Of a stretch of 64,000 nucleotides of DNA, positions 62,849 through 64,000 are shown piece by piece. The stretch comes from Heterodontus francisci (Eukaryota). Every line of letters starts with the position of its first letter. Position 1 is the first letter of the stretch. Under the pieces are notes generated by a model. The model saw only the letters and a list, made by a program, of their open reading frames with translations. It was not told where the DNA came from and did not search any database. The position numbers were made by a program, and so were the translations under genes. Where the stretch lies: NCBI RefSeq assembly GCF_036365525.1, contig NC_090380.1:50501331-50565330 (forward strand), read 5' to 3'.

Positions 62849-64000
62849 ATATTTTTGGAATAATCAGAGGTTTTAATCTATTGCATAATAATTTTGTTAA
62901 TGTCAGTGCTATAACTGAACTCGCCATGACCCTAAATCAGAGGTACTGCTGAGGGTATGTACATATACTTATCATAGTGTCTACAACACAGATTTTATTT
63001 GTCATGTTAAAAAATCTATACTCCCTTTATATGATTGTACAACATTCAGCAAAAGAAGCACTGAAAAATAATATACCCCTAATATTGCATTCATAAAATA
63101 CATGCCCACTGTTGTGTTGAGCCATATGTTGTAGGAAGGATCCAGATTTAATCTTTGGTCTATGGTGAGTTAGTTTATTTTCACTTCACTTTGTAGTCAG
63201 TGCTGGTCTGGATACAATTTTCACTCTTGAGTTTAGCATTCTGTCTGACTGTAAAAGAGAATCAGGCAATGTTTCAGCCACACAATGATGTTAAACTTGT
63301 GTGAATGCATTTAAGCCACTGAGCTTGATACTTCAAATTTAACAATAGGTTTAATTAGGTAAGCTTTGCTATATTCAAATCATTATTTTTATTTGATCAC
63401 TGATCAATAATGGTATGATGTTACCTGCCAGAATAAATGTAACTGGACGAGGGAATAGAAAATAAACCAGGATTTCGGTTCCCAAATTGCTATCGGGATC
63501 ACGGCTGGAACATGTGAAAAGAGAATCAGACACCTATTATGGTCTTCATAGTAAACTTGCCCACAAACGCTTCCAAGCTAAATTGACACATGGGCAAGGT
63601 GCTGCTGAGTTAGAAGTCTGCTTTTGAATGAGCCAATGATTTAACAAAAGAGAAAGAGGAAAGATTGCTCGGAGTGGGGGGAATTGTTGGAGATGTTAAA
63701 TAACACAAACACTACATATTTCCTGAAAACAATCAAGAATATTTATTATTCATAAGGCTAAAAGTGATTTTACTTCAATTATACAAAGAAACCATAGTGA
63801 AAGACCAAATAAACCTTAACTGGAAACTGTCATATAGGGGTTACTTAGAATTAGCCTTGAATGGTAGATATTGAGACACAAAATCAAACTAAGGGTGCAA
63901 ACATAATGGAACTGTAAGACCAGTGATAATAGAATAAAGTGGAATGAGACTACTTGGGGCATGGGCCTTATTACCAGTACACAGTCCTAGTTTAACACTG

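Overview
Eukaryotic (vertebrate) DNA, not prokaryotic. It is AT-rich, CpG-depleted and repeat-dense, and the repeat families are typical of a cartilaginous fish (shark/ray), which is an inference from recalled family features. No intact host protein-coding gene, rRNA, true tRNA or CRISPR array could be supported, and most supplied ORFs are transposon remnants or low-complexity artefacts. The window is a layered record of decayed mobile DNA: many CR1 LINEs, L2, an RTE/BovB-type LINE with a perfect 17-bp target-site duplication (TSD), a second CR1/L2-group LINE family, Penelope-like fragments, the 3' half of a Gypsy element, a solo LTR with a 5-bp TSD, three tRNA-SINE families and several MITEs. 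Best observations: (1) a decayed two-gene PIF/Harbinger element (intron-containing Myb/SANT gene facing a HARBI1-type transposase) plus a second Myb/SANT copy that supplies the empty site for a CR1 insertion; (2) mutated minimal hammerhead-ribozyme motifs in the Penelope ends; (3) three SINE-LINE pairs with shared 3' tails; (4) a ~930-bp polypurine tract fused to the truncated Gypsy pol; (5) a few unassigned exon-like segments, hairpins and minisatellites. I did not find a convincing previously undescribed system. Boundaries were read by eye and are approximate unless a TSD or TIR is quoted.
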